A stretch of DNA of 64,000 nucleotides, taken from the NCBI GenBank assembly GCA_045655005.1, contig JAZOOJ010000019.1:5416-69415 (forward strand). Reading direction: 5' to 3'. Shown here one piece after another: positions 45,735-54,940 of the stretch. The stretch's first letter is position 1, and every line of letters begins with the position of its first letter. The DNA is from Clostridia bacterium (GTDB taxonomy: Bacteria; Bacillota; Clostridia; Christensenellales; UBA1242). The notes beneath the pieces are model-generated. The model worked only from the letters and a program-made list of their open reading frames with translations. It was not told where the DNA came from and did no database searches. The position numbers and the translations under genes are program-made.

Positions 45735-46838
45735 ATGTCTGCTTTAAAAATTGTACAATTTGGTTGTGGCAAAATGAGTGTTTATACTATGCGCTACGTT
45801 TATGAAAAAGGTGCTAAGATTGTTGGGGCTTTTGATATTGATGAGGGGAAGGTTGGAAAAGATATTTCAGAAATTATGGGTGCCGAAAAACCTATGGGTG
45901 TTAAAATCCAACATGCGTCTAAATTTGAAGAATTTTTAATGAAGAAACAACCAGATGCTGTTATTGTAACAACTATGAGTTTGTTAAGTGATGTGGGCGA
46001 TGCTCTTTTGACTTGTGCAAAGTGCGGGGTTAACGCAATTACAACTTGCGAAGAGGCGTTCTTCCCTCAAAATAGTAATCCAAAATTATTTAAGAAAATT
46101 GATAAACTTGCGAAGGAAAATGGGTGTACTATTTGCGGTTCGGGTTATCAAGATGTATTCTGGGGTAATTTAATGTATTTACTTGCAGGCGCAACACATA
46201 AAATTACAAGAATTGTTGGAAAAAGTAGTTATAATGTAGAAGACTATGGCATTGCACTTGCACGTGCACATGGGTCTGGATTGAATTTAAAAGAATTTGA
46301 TGAACAAATTGCGTCTGCTGATAACATTAGCGAAGAAGAACGTGCGAAAGTTATAAATGCAGGCGAATTTATGCCAAGTTATATGTGGAACGTTAATGGT
46401 TGGCTTGCCAGCAAACTTGGATTAAAAGTTGTTTCTCAAACTCAAAAATGCGTACCACAAGTTGCAAATAAAGATATTTATAGTTCTACTTTAAATTTAA
46501 CAATCCCAAAAGGCTGTGCAACTGGTATGAGTGCTGTAGTTACAACAAAGACTGCAGAGGGTATTGAAATTGTCAGTGAGTGTATTGGAAAGGTTTATGA
46601 CGAAACCGAATGTGACTGTAACGACTGGACTGTTGAGGGCGAACCTTCTACAAGAGTGGTTATTGAAAGACCTCAAACAGTTGAACTTACTTGTGCTACA
46701 ATTGTAAACAGATTGCCTGAACTTATTGCAAGTCCCGCAGGTTATTATACAACAGAAAATATGCCAGAGAATTTCCCAAAGATGGTTGCTTTGGATAAAT
46801 ATCTTTGTGAATGTGACGATTGCGACTGCGATTGTTAA
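45735..46838 (+). CDS. DapB-like NAD(P)-binding oxidoreductase (amine dehydrogenase-like family) with a Cys/Asp-rich C-terminal tail
   Basis: Strong AGGAGG RBS. The N-terminal Rossmann-like segment is KIVQFGCGKMS. The overall resemblance to the 2,4-diaminopentanoate dehydrogenase-type family is from memory. The protein ends in YLCECDDCDCDC. Confidence 0.4.
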   Translation: MSALKIVQFGCGKMSVYTMRYVYEKGAKIVGAFDIDEGKVGKDISEIMGAEKPMGVKIQHASKFEEFLMKKQPDAVIVTTMSLLSDVGDALLTCAKCGVNAITTCEEAFFPQNSNPKLFKKIDKLAKENGCTICGSGYQDVFWGNLMYLLAGATHKITRIVGKSSYNVEDYGIALARAHGSGLNLKEFDEQIASADNISEEERAKVINAGEFMPSYMWNVNGWLASKLGLKVVSQTQKCVPQVANKDIYSSTLNLTIPKGCATGMSAVVTTKTAEGIEIVSECIGKVYDETECDCNDWTVEGEPSTRVVIERPQTVELTCATIVNRLPELIASPAGYYTTENMPENFPKMVALDKYLCECDDCDCDC

Positions 46839-46862
46839 AAATTATTAAATTAAATATTTAGC

Positions 46863-46900
46863 AGAAAACTCCTAATTAAAATTAATTAGGTGTTTTCTTG
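46863..46900 (+). terminator. rho-independent terminator
   Basis: Hairpin gaaaactcctaatt / aattaggtgttttc. Confidence 0.65.
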
Positions 46901-46953
46901 CTTATTTTATTTACAAATACATAGGAAGATGATACAATATATCAGGAAGTAGA

Positions 46954-47868
46954 ATGGAGAATAAAACTAGAATTAAGTTAATTATAAACCCAAACTCTGG
47001 GAAGGGTAAGGCCGGCGAACTTGCAGAGAAAATTGTGGGCAAGTTTGAAAGTGTGGGAATAAGTGTAAGCCTTTATTTAACAAAAGCAAAAGATGATGCG
47101 AAAGAACTTGCAAAAACAGTTGATGATGAAGATATTGTCGTGTGTGTCGGTGGTGATGGAACTCTTAACGAGGTGGTAAACGGAATGATGCAAAGGGAGA
47201 AAAAAGTTCCTTTGGGTTATATTCCAATGGGTTCAATTAATGACTTCGCAAGGTCTGCAAGGATTCCAAGGCGTTGGGACAAGGCAGTAGATAATATCAT
47301 TAATGGTAAAGATGTTGAAATTGATGTCGGAAAGTTTAATGATAGGTATTTTACATATGTGGCAGCCGCTGGTATTTTTACAAAGACTTCTTATACAACC
47401 AGTCAAAAGTTAAAGAATAAGTTTGGGAAAATTGCTTATTTATTGCTTGGAATTCAAGATTTGTTTGAGTACAGAAAGATGCACTTAAAAATTGAGGTAG
47501 ACGGGGTTGAATACGAGGAAGACTTTTTATTTGTTGCTGCGTGTAATACAAAGTCAATGGGAAGCATTGTAAAGTTTAAAGATGAATTTGTACAACTAAA
47601 TGATGGCAATTTAGACCTTTTACTAATAAAATATACTAGGAATATATTTAAACTAGCAAAAGGTGTCCACGATTACAATAGAAAACGCTGGAATACCGAT
47701 TTACTGAAATTTGTTCACGCAAAAGAGATAAAAGTGTATGATCGCAATAATGTTACGTGGACATTGGATGGTGAGGGAAGTGAGTTTTTGGACTGCATTG
47801 ACAATGTTTCTCACATCTCAATTATTAATAAAGGTTTGACAATAAGGACGAAAGATGAAAATATCTAG
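46954..47868 (+). CDS. Diacylglycerol kinase-family lipid kinase (DagK/YegS type)
   Basis: LIINPNSGKG and VCVGGDGTLNEVVNG. Confidence 0.85.
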   Translation: MENKTRIKLIINPNSGKGKAGELAEKIVGKFESVGISVSLYLTKAKDDAKELAKTVDDEDIVVCVGGDGTLNEVVNGMMQREKKVPLGYIPMGSINDFARSARIPRRWDKAVDNIINGKDVEIDVGKFNDRYFTYVAAAGIFTKTSYTTSQKLKNKFGKIAYLLLGIQDLFEYRKMHLKIEVDGVEYEEDFLFVAACNTKSMGSIVKFKDEFVQLNDGNLDLLLIKYTRNIFKLAKGVHDYNRKRWNTDLLKFVHAKEIKVYDRNNVTWTLDGEGSEFLDCIDNVSHISIINKGLTIRTKDENI

Positions 47869-48562
47869 GTGGAAATTGTTTTGGATTAAGAATAAGTATT
47901 GGATATATTTGCTATATCTACCAATTTATTTGGTCGCATTTTTTTTGATTGAGGGTTATATTGATAACTCGTTTGATTATTGGGTATCATATTCGCCAAT
48001 TGACGACATTATACCTTTTGTTGAATGGTTCATAATTTTCTATGAACTTTGGTATCCATATATGTTAGGAGTATGCTTATGGTTGTTATTAAAGGATAGG
48101 CAAGCCTATGAAAGAATGGCAAAGATGTTTGTATTTGGGTTCTCTTTTAGTTTAATTTTCTTCTTAATTTTGCCTAACGGACAAAATTTAAGACTTGAAA
48201 GTTTTGAAAGGGAGAATATATTTACAGATATTATTGCAACGTTATGGGCGGGAGATACGCATACAAATGTGTTGCCTAGTATGCATGTTTATGGCTCATT
48301 GATTACAATATTTGCGACCCTAGATACAAAAACAATTAATTCTTGGTTCAAATTCGGAAGTGCCACTCTTGGAATTTTGATTTCAATATCAACTTGTACG
48401 ATAAAACAACATTCCATTCTTGACTTGTTTGCAGGCTGTATATTATTTGCAATACTTTATTGGATTATATATCATAATAAAATATTTAAAAATTATGACG
48501 GTTCAATAGAATATATCTCTGAACTTAAAGGCGAGTATTTAATGATGAAACAGTTTGTGTGA
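47855..48562 (+). CDS. PAP2-superfamily membrane phosphatase/transferase
   Basis: Multi-TM protein with PSMHV and QHSILDLFAG, which resemble the PAP2 C2/C3 motifs (PSGH ... SR....H...D). It overlaps the lipid kinase gene by 14 nt. Confidence 0.5.
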   Translation: MKISRWKLFWIKNKYWIYLLYLPIYLVAFFLIEGYIDNSFDYWVSYSPIDDIIPFVEWFIIFYELWYPYMLGVCLWLLLKDRQAYERMAKMFVFGFSFSLIFFLILPNGQNLRLESFERENIFTDIIATLWAGDTHTNVLPSMHVYGSLITIFATLDTKTINSWFKFGSATLGILISISTCTIKQHSILDLFAGCILFAILYWIIYHNKIFKNYDGSIEYISELKGEYLMMKQFV

Positions 48563-48581
48563 TTTATTTACAAATAAGTAT

Positions 48582-48616
48582 AAAAACCGCAAGGATAAAA
48601 ATTCTTGCGGTTTTTA
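48582..48616. terminator. Terminator between convergent genes
   Basis: Hairpin aaccgcaagga / ttcttgcggtt flanked by an A-run and a T-run. Confidence 0.75.
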
Positions 48617-48710
48617 TTGTAAATGTCTGTAATAATATTACACACTAAATTTTAATCTTTTTCTTTTATCAATAACTCGCTTATTAAAAATTCGGTTTGA
48701 GATAATTATT

Positions 48711-49658
48711 TTATTGATTTTGTTCATCGGTGTTACATTTATTACAAGTAGTTATCATCTCAATGTATCTTCTTTTTATTTCTTTAATGATTATTTCTTT
48801 GTTTTTGATTATAAATTCGTGTTCAGTAGAGTAGTCGCAAAGAGAAAGTTCATCATATCTTTCATACAACATCACATAGTCGTTAAATATCTTTTCAGAG
48901 GTTGCGTCTATGTCGAAATCTTGAGGGATAATATTACTGTTTATAATGCAATTCTGGAAGTTTTTATCGTTTTGGAAGTGTTGGTCACGTAATTGAGAGA
49001 GTATATGCATTGCGGTATATCTTGCATCAAATTCTATTGGGAAAATGTAATTTTTGCGTACATAGTTTATTTCAACATTTTCGTTTTTTAATTGGTTAAA
49101 AATAGAATTGAATGTCATAGTAAATATCATTATTGCATTTTGTTCGTTCGGTTCAATTTGTCCACTTAGAAATAGTGTCCAAAAGTAACTTTGAAAAACG
49201 TGTTGGTTCTCGTGCAAGATGGTTTCAATTAATTCGAAATGAATATTCTTTATGCTGCCCATTTGCGAGAAATATTCGGTTGAGTTTAAAGAAATGTATT
49301 TTTGCATAAAGGCATATAAATATTCTTGATATTCATCGTGAGGGGTGGAGCCTTGGTAGGTGTTATAAAAATTCCATAATGTTTCTAAGTGGTTTTTGTC
49401 AAAACAATCAATATTTAGATTAAGTATGGTTTCAATTCGTTTCTTGTTGAAAATTATAGTTTTGCTTTGATTAGTGACCTTGCCAGATGCACCAAAAGCG
49501 TTCATTTCTTCAAAACGAATATCTGGTTCAAAAGGTATGTTGTGTAATTCGTAATTTGCCTTCGTAATAATTGCCAATTGTGTTGCAAGTTGGTCATAGT
49601 TAATTGGGAATGTAAAGTTTTTAATAAAATCGGCACACAAATTAATTAAATCTTGCAT
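48711..49658 (-). CDS. Hypothetical protein with an HExxH motif (putative zinc metallopeptidase-like)
   Basis: 315 aa, rich in N/I/F/Y/Q, with no signal peptide. ETILHENQHVFQ contains HExxH, and a possible third ligand lies in PIEFDARY about 55 aa downstream. AGGA RBS. Confidence 0.5.
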   Translation of the reverse strand: MQDLINLCADFIKNFTFPINYDQLATQLAIITKANYELHNIPFEPDIRFEEMNAFGASGKVTNQSKTIIFNKKRIETILNLNIDCFDKNHLETLWNFYNTYQGSTPHDEYQEYLYAFMQKYISLNSTEYFSQMGSIKNIHFELIETILHENQHVFQSYFWTLFLSGQIEPNEQNAIMIFTMTFNSIFNQLKNENVEINYVRKNYIFPIEFDARYTAMHILSQLRDQHFQNDKNFQNCIINSNIIPQDFDIDATSEKIFNDYVMLYERYDELSLCDYSTEHEFIIKNKEIIIKEIKRRYIEMITTCNKCNTDEQNQ

Positions 49659-49887
49659 AATTGTTTTCCTTTTAAGTGTAAGTTATGCTCAATGCGAAAA
49701 AGAGTTGAGCTTTTTAATGCTACCATACTAAAAGTATAAGTATAAATATGTAAAAATGCAAGTAGATATGTTAAAATTGGTGTTCGTTTATAAAATTTTT
49801 CAAAAATTAATTTTGTATCGTTTTGATTTGACACAGGCAGTGCTTATTATATAAGATATATCTATACGAAAATTAAAGGAGAATGAT

Positions 49888-50895
49888 ATGATAAAGAAAG
49901 TTTTAAATAAATTTTTGGCATTTTGTTTAACTGTGCCATGTGCGTTTGCTTTAACCGCATGTAAAGAGGAGGTTCCGCCAGCAACACCACCGAGCTCAGA
50001 ACCTAGTGCAGAGACACCGGTGGCACCTCCAACAACTCCGCCAGCAGAAACACCAGTAACACCACCAGCAGACAACCCAGCAACACAATTAACTTTTGAT
50101 GTTTGGGACGGAACGGTTGGAGTCGTTTCTGATCCAGTCGAAGGAGTTATTACTATTGATTCAGCAGCAGAATTTGCAGCGTTTGCTGAAGATGTTAATT
50201 GTGGCAATGAATATGTGGGTATTACAATTAAGTTAACTTGTAACATTGACTTAAATAATCAAGAGTGGACTCCAATCGGCTTTGGTTCATCAAATGCATA
50301 TGGTATACCTGATGGTAATTCTTTATGGTTTGATGGAAATTTTGACGGAGAAGGACATACAATTAAAAATTTAAAAATTACAACATTTGAGGGTGGCGGT
50401 ATTGAGAGCCAAACATCAGCTTCAGGTGTTGCTTTGTTTGGTCATACTTTTAATGCTTCAATTGAAAACCTAATTGTTGATACTGCAGAAGTTGAAGGGA
50501 ATCACTTTGTTGCAGCTGTAGTTGGGTTTGCGATTGGAACAGATGTTGAAAATGTAACAGTTAAGAATGCTGAAATAAGTTGCGTGTATGATAACGGAGA
50601 TGAGAGTGGAGATAAAGCAGGTGCAGTTGTTGCCTTTATTACTGATTCAGAAGATGAAGAAGGAAGTGTTAAGAATTGTACAGTTAGCAATTCAACTGTT
50701 GATGCAGACAGAGATGCGGGACAAGTGATTGGTTGTATTGGTAAAATAGTTGGTAATGATGTTGAACTTGAAAATAATAGTGTCACAAATGTTACTGTTT
50801 CTTATAACGGAGATATTGAAAATAAACATTCTAACAACTCTAATACACATATTAACAATGATATAATTGGTAGAGATGCAAGACTTGAACAATAA
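49888..50895 (+). CDS. Surface lipoprotein with Pro/Thr linker and GLUG/beta-helix-like module
   Basis: Lipobox FALTAC. Linker PPATPPSSEPSAETPVAPPTTPPAETPVTPPADNP. The following segment, NQEWTPIG ... FDGNFDGEGHTIKNLKI ... VAAVVGFA, is paralogous to the 34145 gene. Confidence 0.65.
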   Translation: MIKKVLNKFLAFCLTVPCAFALTACKEEVPPATPPSSEPSAETPVAPPTTPPAETPVTPPADNPATQLTFDVWDGTVGVVSDPVEGVITIDSAAEFAAFAEDVNCGNEYVGITIKLTCNIDLNNQEWTPIGFGSSNAYGIPDGNSLWFDGNFDGEGHTIKNLKITTFEGGGIESQTSASGVALFGHTFNASIENLIVDTAEVEGNHFVAAVVGFAIGTDVENVTVKNAEISCVYDNGDESGDKAGAVVAFITDSEDEEGSVKNCTVSNSTVDADRDAGQVIGCIGKIVGNDVELENNSVTNVTVSYNGDIENKHSNNSNTHINNDIIGRDARLEQ

Positions 50896-50926
50896 TGACG
50901 CACACTTTTGATTTTTTGCGTAACAA

Positions 50927-50965
50927 AAAGCCTAAACCAAATTTTTGGTTTAGGCTTTAGTTTTG
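50927..50965 (+). terminator. rho-independent terminator
   Basis: 15-bp perfect hairpin aaagcctaaaccaaa / tttggtttaggcttt. Confidence 0.85.
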
Positions 50966-51065
50966 CTTAGAAAATATTTATAAAATCAAAAATATGATAA
51001 AAAATGTAATTGGCAATAAAAATATCGTAAGTTAAAAGTAGTTAGGCTATATTATAACAATGTAT

Positions 51066-51098
51066 ATTAAAAAATCCTAAGCATTTTGCTTAGGATTT
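51066..51098 (-). terminator. Terminator of tRNA-Asn
   Basis: Hairpin aaaatcctaagc / gcttaggatttt, with a T-run on the minus strand. Confidence 0.75.
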
Positions 51099-51174
51099 TG
51101 GCTCCCCCTGTTGGACTCGAACCAACGACCTATCGATTAACAGTCGAGTGCTCTACCGACTGAGCTAAGGAGGA
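51099..51174 (-). tRNA. trnN: tRNA-Asn (anticodon GTT), CCA encoded
   Basis: The reverse complement folds by hand as TCCTCCT-TA-GCTC-AGTCGGTA-GAGC-A-CTCGA-CTGTTAA-TCGAT-AGGTC-GTTGG-TTCGAGT-CCAAC-AGGGGGA-G-CCA. It has a 7-bp acceptor stem (one G-U pair), a TTCGAGT T-loop and anticodon GTT, 76 nt in total. Confidence 0.95.
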
Positions 51175-51207
51175 ATATTTTTTGTGCTGTCTTGCAACAA
51201 CATTAGA

Positions 51208-51236
51208 ATTATAACCCATTAATTTAAATAATGCAA
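51208..51236 (-). promoter_or_regulatory. sigma-A consensus promoter of tRNA-Asn
   Basis: On the minus strand: TTGCAT (51236-51231), 17 nt spacer, TATAAT (51213-51208). Confidence 0.65.
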
Positions 51237-51263
51237 CACTTTTTTCAAAAAATTTAAAAAAAA

Positions 51264-51292
51264 TTGAAAAATTTTTATTGGGGTGATATAAT
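51264..51292 (+). promoter_or_regulatory. Extended -10 promoter of comFC-secA
   Basis: TTGAAA (51264-51269), 17 nt spacer, TGaTATAAT with the -10 hexamer at 51287-51292. Confidence 0.65.
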
Positions 51293-51318
51293 TGTTATAT
51301 GCAAAGTGGGGAAAATGT

Positions 51319-52068
51319 ATGAAAATTAAAGAAATTTTTACTAGTGCAGTTAATTATTTTGATGAATTAATGTTTCCAGAATACAAGTGTTTTGTTTGTG
51401 GCAGAGAAGCAAAAGACTTAGATTATTATATGTGTGAACAATGTAAAAAAGATTTTCCATATATCTCTGGTGTTGTTTGTTGCAAATGTGGGCATCCTGT
51501 ATTAGATGGAAATGATTATTGTGACAATTGCAGATTTTTCAATTATGATTTTGATGAGGCTAGGGCTGTTTTTGAATATAATGATAAAACAAAGGGTAGA
51601 ATTCTTGGTATAAAATATCACAATCAGAAGTATTTAGCGAAATTTTTCGCAAAGCTTATGAAAGATGTTTTAGATGATTGGGGTGTAAAACCGGATATAA
51701 TTGTACCAATTCCAATCTCATCTGAACGTAGAAAAGAAAGAGGTTTTAACCAGTCTGAATTGATTGCTGACGAACTGGCGACGCTTACAGGACTTCCAGT
51801 TGTTTCAAAAATTATTTCTAAGAAAAGCGACTCTAAACTTCAAAAGGGTTTGACAATGAAAGAAAGATTTGAAAATATGAAGGGTGTATTTGAGCTTGAT
51901 AAAAGGTATATTTTGAAATTTAAGAAAGTATTAATAATTGATGATGTTTTTACAACGGGTGCAACGGTTTCTGAAGCTAGTAGAACAATTAGAAAGGCTG
52001 GGCCTGATAGAATTTATATTTTGACAGCAGGAAAAAGATTGATGTATAGGGAAGAATATAATATTTAA
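51319..52068 (+). CDS. comFC: ComF family protein (ComFC, phosphoribosyltransferase-like)
   Basis: The start is refined to ATG 51319, because the ORF-track start at 51292 lies inside the -10 box. There are N-terminal Cys pairs (CFVCG, CEQC, CCKCG, CDNC) and the PRT motif LIIDDVFTTGATV. Confidence 0.85.
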   Translation: MKIKEIFTSAVNYFDELMFPEYKCFVCGREAKDLDYYMCEQCKKDFPYISGVVCCKCGHPVLDGNDYCDNCRFFNYDFDEARAVFEYNDKTKGRILGIKYHNQKYLAKFFAKLMKDVLDDWGVKPDIIVPIPISSERRKERGFNQSELIADELATLTGLPVVSKIISKKSDSKLQKGLTMKERFENMKGVFELDKRYILKFKKVLIIDDVFTTGATVSEASRTIRKAGPDRIYILTAGKRLMYREEYNI

Positions 52069-52153
52069 TCATATTATACTATTAAATTTGTTGCGATTTA
52101 GTTTAAAATATTGTACAATAAAATGAGAATAACTATAAAAATTGGAGAATCTT

Positions 52154-54829
52154 ATGGGTTGGCTTACAAATTTAGATAACAAAAGAAGTTTGAAAAAACT
52201 ACAAAAGATAGCCGATGAAATCGATTCATTGGAAGATAAATATTTGAATATGTCAGATGAAGAACTGGCTAATCAAACAAATGTATTAAAAGAAAGATTA
52301 AAGACTGGTGAAACACTTGATGATATTTTGGTTGATGCCTTTGCTGTTGTGCGTGAAGCAAGCACAAGAGTTTTGCATATGCGTCATTTTAATGTGCAAT
52401 TGCTTGGTGGAATTTGCTTGCATCAAGGCAGAATTGCAGAAATGAGAACTGGTGAAGGAAAGACTTTAATATCTACACTTCCTGCCTATTTAAATGCACT
52501 AAGTGGTAAACCTGTTCACATTGTAACAGTTAACGAATATCTTGCAAAAAGAGACGCGGAGTGGATGGGTAAAGTTCATAAATTTCTTGGACTTAGCGTT
52601 GGTTTTGTGTATTCTGCTCAAACACCAGAACAAAAAAGGCAAGCCTATGCTTGTGACATTGTTTATGGAACAAACAGCGAATTTGGTTTTGATTATTTGC
52701 GTGATAATATGGCGATTGACCGAAGGCAAATGCTTGCACGTGGGTATTCCTATGTTATTATCGACGAAATTGATAGTATCTTGATTGATGAAGCAAGAAC
52801 TCCTCTTATTATAAGTGGACCAAGTGGTGAAAGCAGTCAAGAGTATGCTATTGCTGATAAGTTTGCTAAGAATTTAACAGAAGAAGATTATTCAATTGAC
52901 GAAAAGCAAAAGACTATTCACTTGACCGAAAGTGGTGTTGCAAAGGCTGAAAGATTTTATAATATTGCAAATTTAAGTGATGTTGATAATACTGACTTAA
53001 ATCATAATATTAACAATGCAATTCGTGCAAGATTTGTCATGAAGCGAGATAACGATTATATCGTTTCAAACGATGAAGTTTATATCGTTGATGAATTTAC
53101 CGGACGTATTATGGTTGGAAGAAGATTCAGTAATGGTCTTCACCAAGCAATTGAAGCAAAAGAAGGAGTTAAGGTTAAGGCGGAGAATAAAACTCTTGCA
53201 ACAATTACCTTGCAAAATTTCTTTAAACTTTACGAAAAGATGTCTGGTATGACAGGTACAGCACAGACCGAAGAAGGTGAATTTAGGGATATTTACGGGC
53301 TTGATGTTGTTGTAATTCCTACAAACCTTCCAATGATAAGAGTTGATGAAAATGATGAATTCTATTTTTCTCACGAAGCAAAAATTCGTGCAATCATCAA
53401 TGATATCACAAATTGTGTTGAAAGGAAACAACCGGTATTGGTTGGAACAACAACTGTTGAAAGGTCGGAAGAAATCTCAAAAATACTAAGAAGTAAAAAA
53501 ATTGCACACAATGTGTTGAATGCTAAAAATCACTTGCGTGAAGCCGAGATTGTTGCTCAAGCTGGTAAAATTGGTGCTGTAACAATCGCAACAAATATGG
53601 CTGGTCGTGGTACCGATATTTTGCTTGGCGGTAATGCTGAGTTTATGGCAAAAGAAGAGATGAAAAAGGCTGGATATTCTGACGAAATGATTGAAGAAGC
53701 AGTCTCTTATGCTCCAACAGCAGATGAAGAAATAATTAAGGCAAAACTTGAATTTCAAAAGTTCTTAGCAAAGCACAAAGAAGTTGTAAGTGTTGAAAAA
53801 GAAGAAGTTAAGGCTCTTGGTGGGCTTAGAATTATTGGTACAGAACGCCATGAAAGCAGACGTATCGACAATCAGTTAAGAGGTCGTGCAGGTCGTCAAG
53901 GCGACCCAGGCTCGTCTGTGTTCTATATTTCAGCAGATGATGACCTTGCAAGAATTTTCGGAAGTGAAAGATTGAAGAAAATGGCTTCAATGTTCAAACT
54001 TGAAGAAGATGCTTCAATCAAGATGAAATTTTTCTCAAAAAGTGTTGAAACCGCACAAAAGAAGGTTGAGGGCAGAAATTATAGTGTTCGTCGTCAAGTT
54101 GTAGAGTACGATAACGTAATGAACAAGCAACGTGAAGAGGTTTATGTTGAACGTAACAAAATCTTAGACAAAATCAGTATGCACGATAAAATTCTTGATA
54201 TGATTTCAGAGTCTGCAAGTTCAATTGTTAACCAATTTATGGGATTTGAAGAAGTTGAAGATGCTGACATTGATGGATTTAATATGGCTTTGGAACAAAG
54301 AATTATTGAGCCAGGGACTAATTTTATTACACAAGAGATGCTTGAAATAAACTCTGCAAAAGAAGTTGAGGAAGTTGTAATTGAAAAAGCACTCCAAAAG
54401 TACAAAGAAAAGACTGAGGAATTTAAAGAAAAAGGCATAAATATTGAAGATATTGAAAGACTAATTTTACTTAAAGTTTTAGACAAAAAGTGGATTTCAC
54501 ATATCGATGAAATGGACGAACTTCGTCAAGGCATTGGACTTCGTGCGTATGGAAATCAAAACCCAATAAACATTTATCAAAGAGAAGGCTTTGATATGTT
54601 TGAAGAAATGATTGAAAGTATGCGTATTGAAGTTGCTAATATTATGCTTGCTGTTAATGTTGAAGTGGGTCCTCCAAGGCCAAAAATGATGCCAAAGCGT
54701 CCATCTGCGATGGAACATTCGGCAAAAGGAACAGTAACAAACACAAAGTCTGCAACGGGCAGAAATGATGCTTGTCCTTGTGGAAGTGGTAAAAAATACA
54801 AAAACTGTTGCGGAAAAGAATCTGAATAA
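52154..54829 (+). CDS. secA: Preprotein translocase ATPase SecA
   Basis: The start is refined to ATG 52154 (GGAG RBS). Walker A MRTGEGKTL, DEAD-like IIDEIDSILIDEARTPLIISG, and a C-terminal zinc finger CPCGSGKKYKNCCG. Confidence 0.97.
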   Translation: MGWLTNLDNKRSLKKLQKIADEIDSLEDKYLNMSDEELANQTNVLKERLKTGETLDDILVDAFAVVREASTRVLHMRHFNVQLLGGICLHQGRIAEMRTGEGKTLISTLPAYLNALSGKPVHIVTVNEYLAKRDAEWMGKVHKFLGLSVGFVYSAQTPEQKRQAYACDIVYGTNSEFGFDYLRDNMAIDRRQMLARGYSYVIIDEIDSILIDEARTPLIISGPSGESSQEYAIADKFAKNLTEEDYSIDEKQKTIHLTESGVAKAERFYNIANLSDVDNTDLNHNINNAIRARFVMKRDNDYIVSNDEVYIVDEFTGRIMVGRRFSNGLHQAIEAKEGVKVKAENKTLATITLQNFFKLYEKMSGMTGTAQTEEGEFRDIYGLDVVVIPTNLPMIRVDENDEFYFSHEAKIRAIINDITNCVERKQPVLVGTTTVERSEEISKILRSKKIAHNVLNAKNHLREAEIVAQAGKIGAVTIATNMAGRGTDILLGGNAEFMAKEEMKKAGYSDEMIEEAVSYAPTADEEIIKAKLEFQKFLAKHKEVVSVEKEEVKALGGLRIIGTERHESRRIDNQLRGRAGRQGDPGSSVFYISADDDLARIFGSERLKKMASMFKLEEDASIKMKFFSKSVETAQKKVEGRNYSVRRQVVEYDNVMNKQREEVYVERNKILDKISMHDKILDMISESASSIVNQFMGFEEVEDADIDGFNMALEQRIIEPGTNFITQEMLEINSAKEVEEVVIEKALQKYKEKTEEFKEKGINIEDIERLILLKVLDKKWISHIDEMDELRQGIGLRAYGNQNPINIYQREGFDMFEEMIESMRIEVANIMLAVNVEVGPPRPKMMPKRPSAMEHSAKGTVTNTKSATGRNDACPCGSGKKYKNCCGKESE

Positions 54830-54837
54830 TTTTAACT

Positions 54838-54872
54838 AAAAGCCATAAGAATTAAATTTCTTGTGGCTTTTA
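54838..54872 (+). terminator. rho-independent terminator of secA
   Basis: Hairpin aaaagccataaga / ttcttgtggctttt with one G-U pair. Confidence 0.75.
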
Positions 54873-54884
54873 ATTTGTCAAAAT

Positions 54885-54914
54885 TTGACACAAAATAATT
54901 TTGTGTGTTATAAT
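54885..54914 (+). promoter_or_regulatory. Extended -10 promoter of the 610-aa repeat protein gene, overlapped by two palindromes
   Basis: TTGACA (54885-54890), 18 nt spacer, TGtTATAAT with the -10 hexamer at 54909-54914. The palindromes are TGTCAAAaTTTGACA (54876-54890) and ACACAAAATaATTTTGTGT (54888-54906). Confidence 0.65.
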
Positions 54915-54940
54915 TAAATTATTATGTTAGGAGAAAATTT

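Noticed and set aside
48711-49658. Claim that the HExxH gene has markedly lower GC than its neighbours
   Set aside because: Hand counts of individual 60-nt lines gave 16/60, 16/60 and 22/60 G+C within this gene. Two lines of the neighbouring lipid kinase gene gave 16/60 and 29/60. That is too variable to support a compositional anomaly without a proper calculation.
49800-50246. 148-aa minus-strand ORF overlapping the start of the lipoprotein gene
   Set aside because: It is a shadow of the GC-rich Pro/Thr linker of the + strand lipoprotein, which has a lipobox, an RBS and a terminator.
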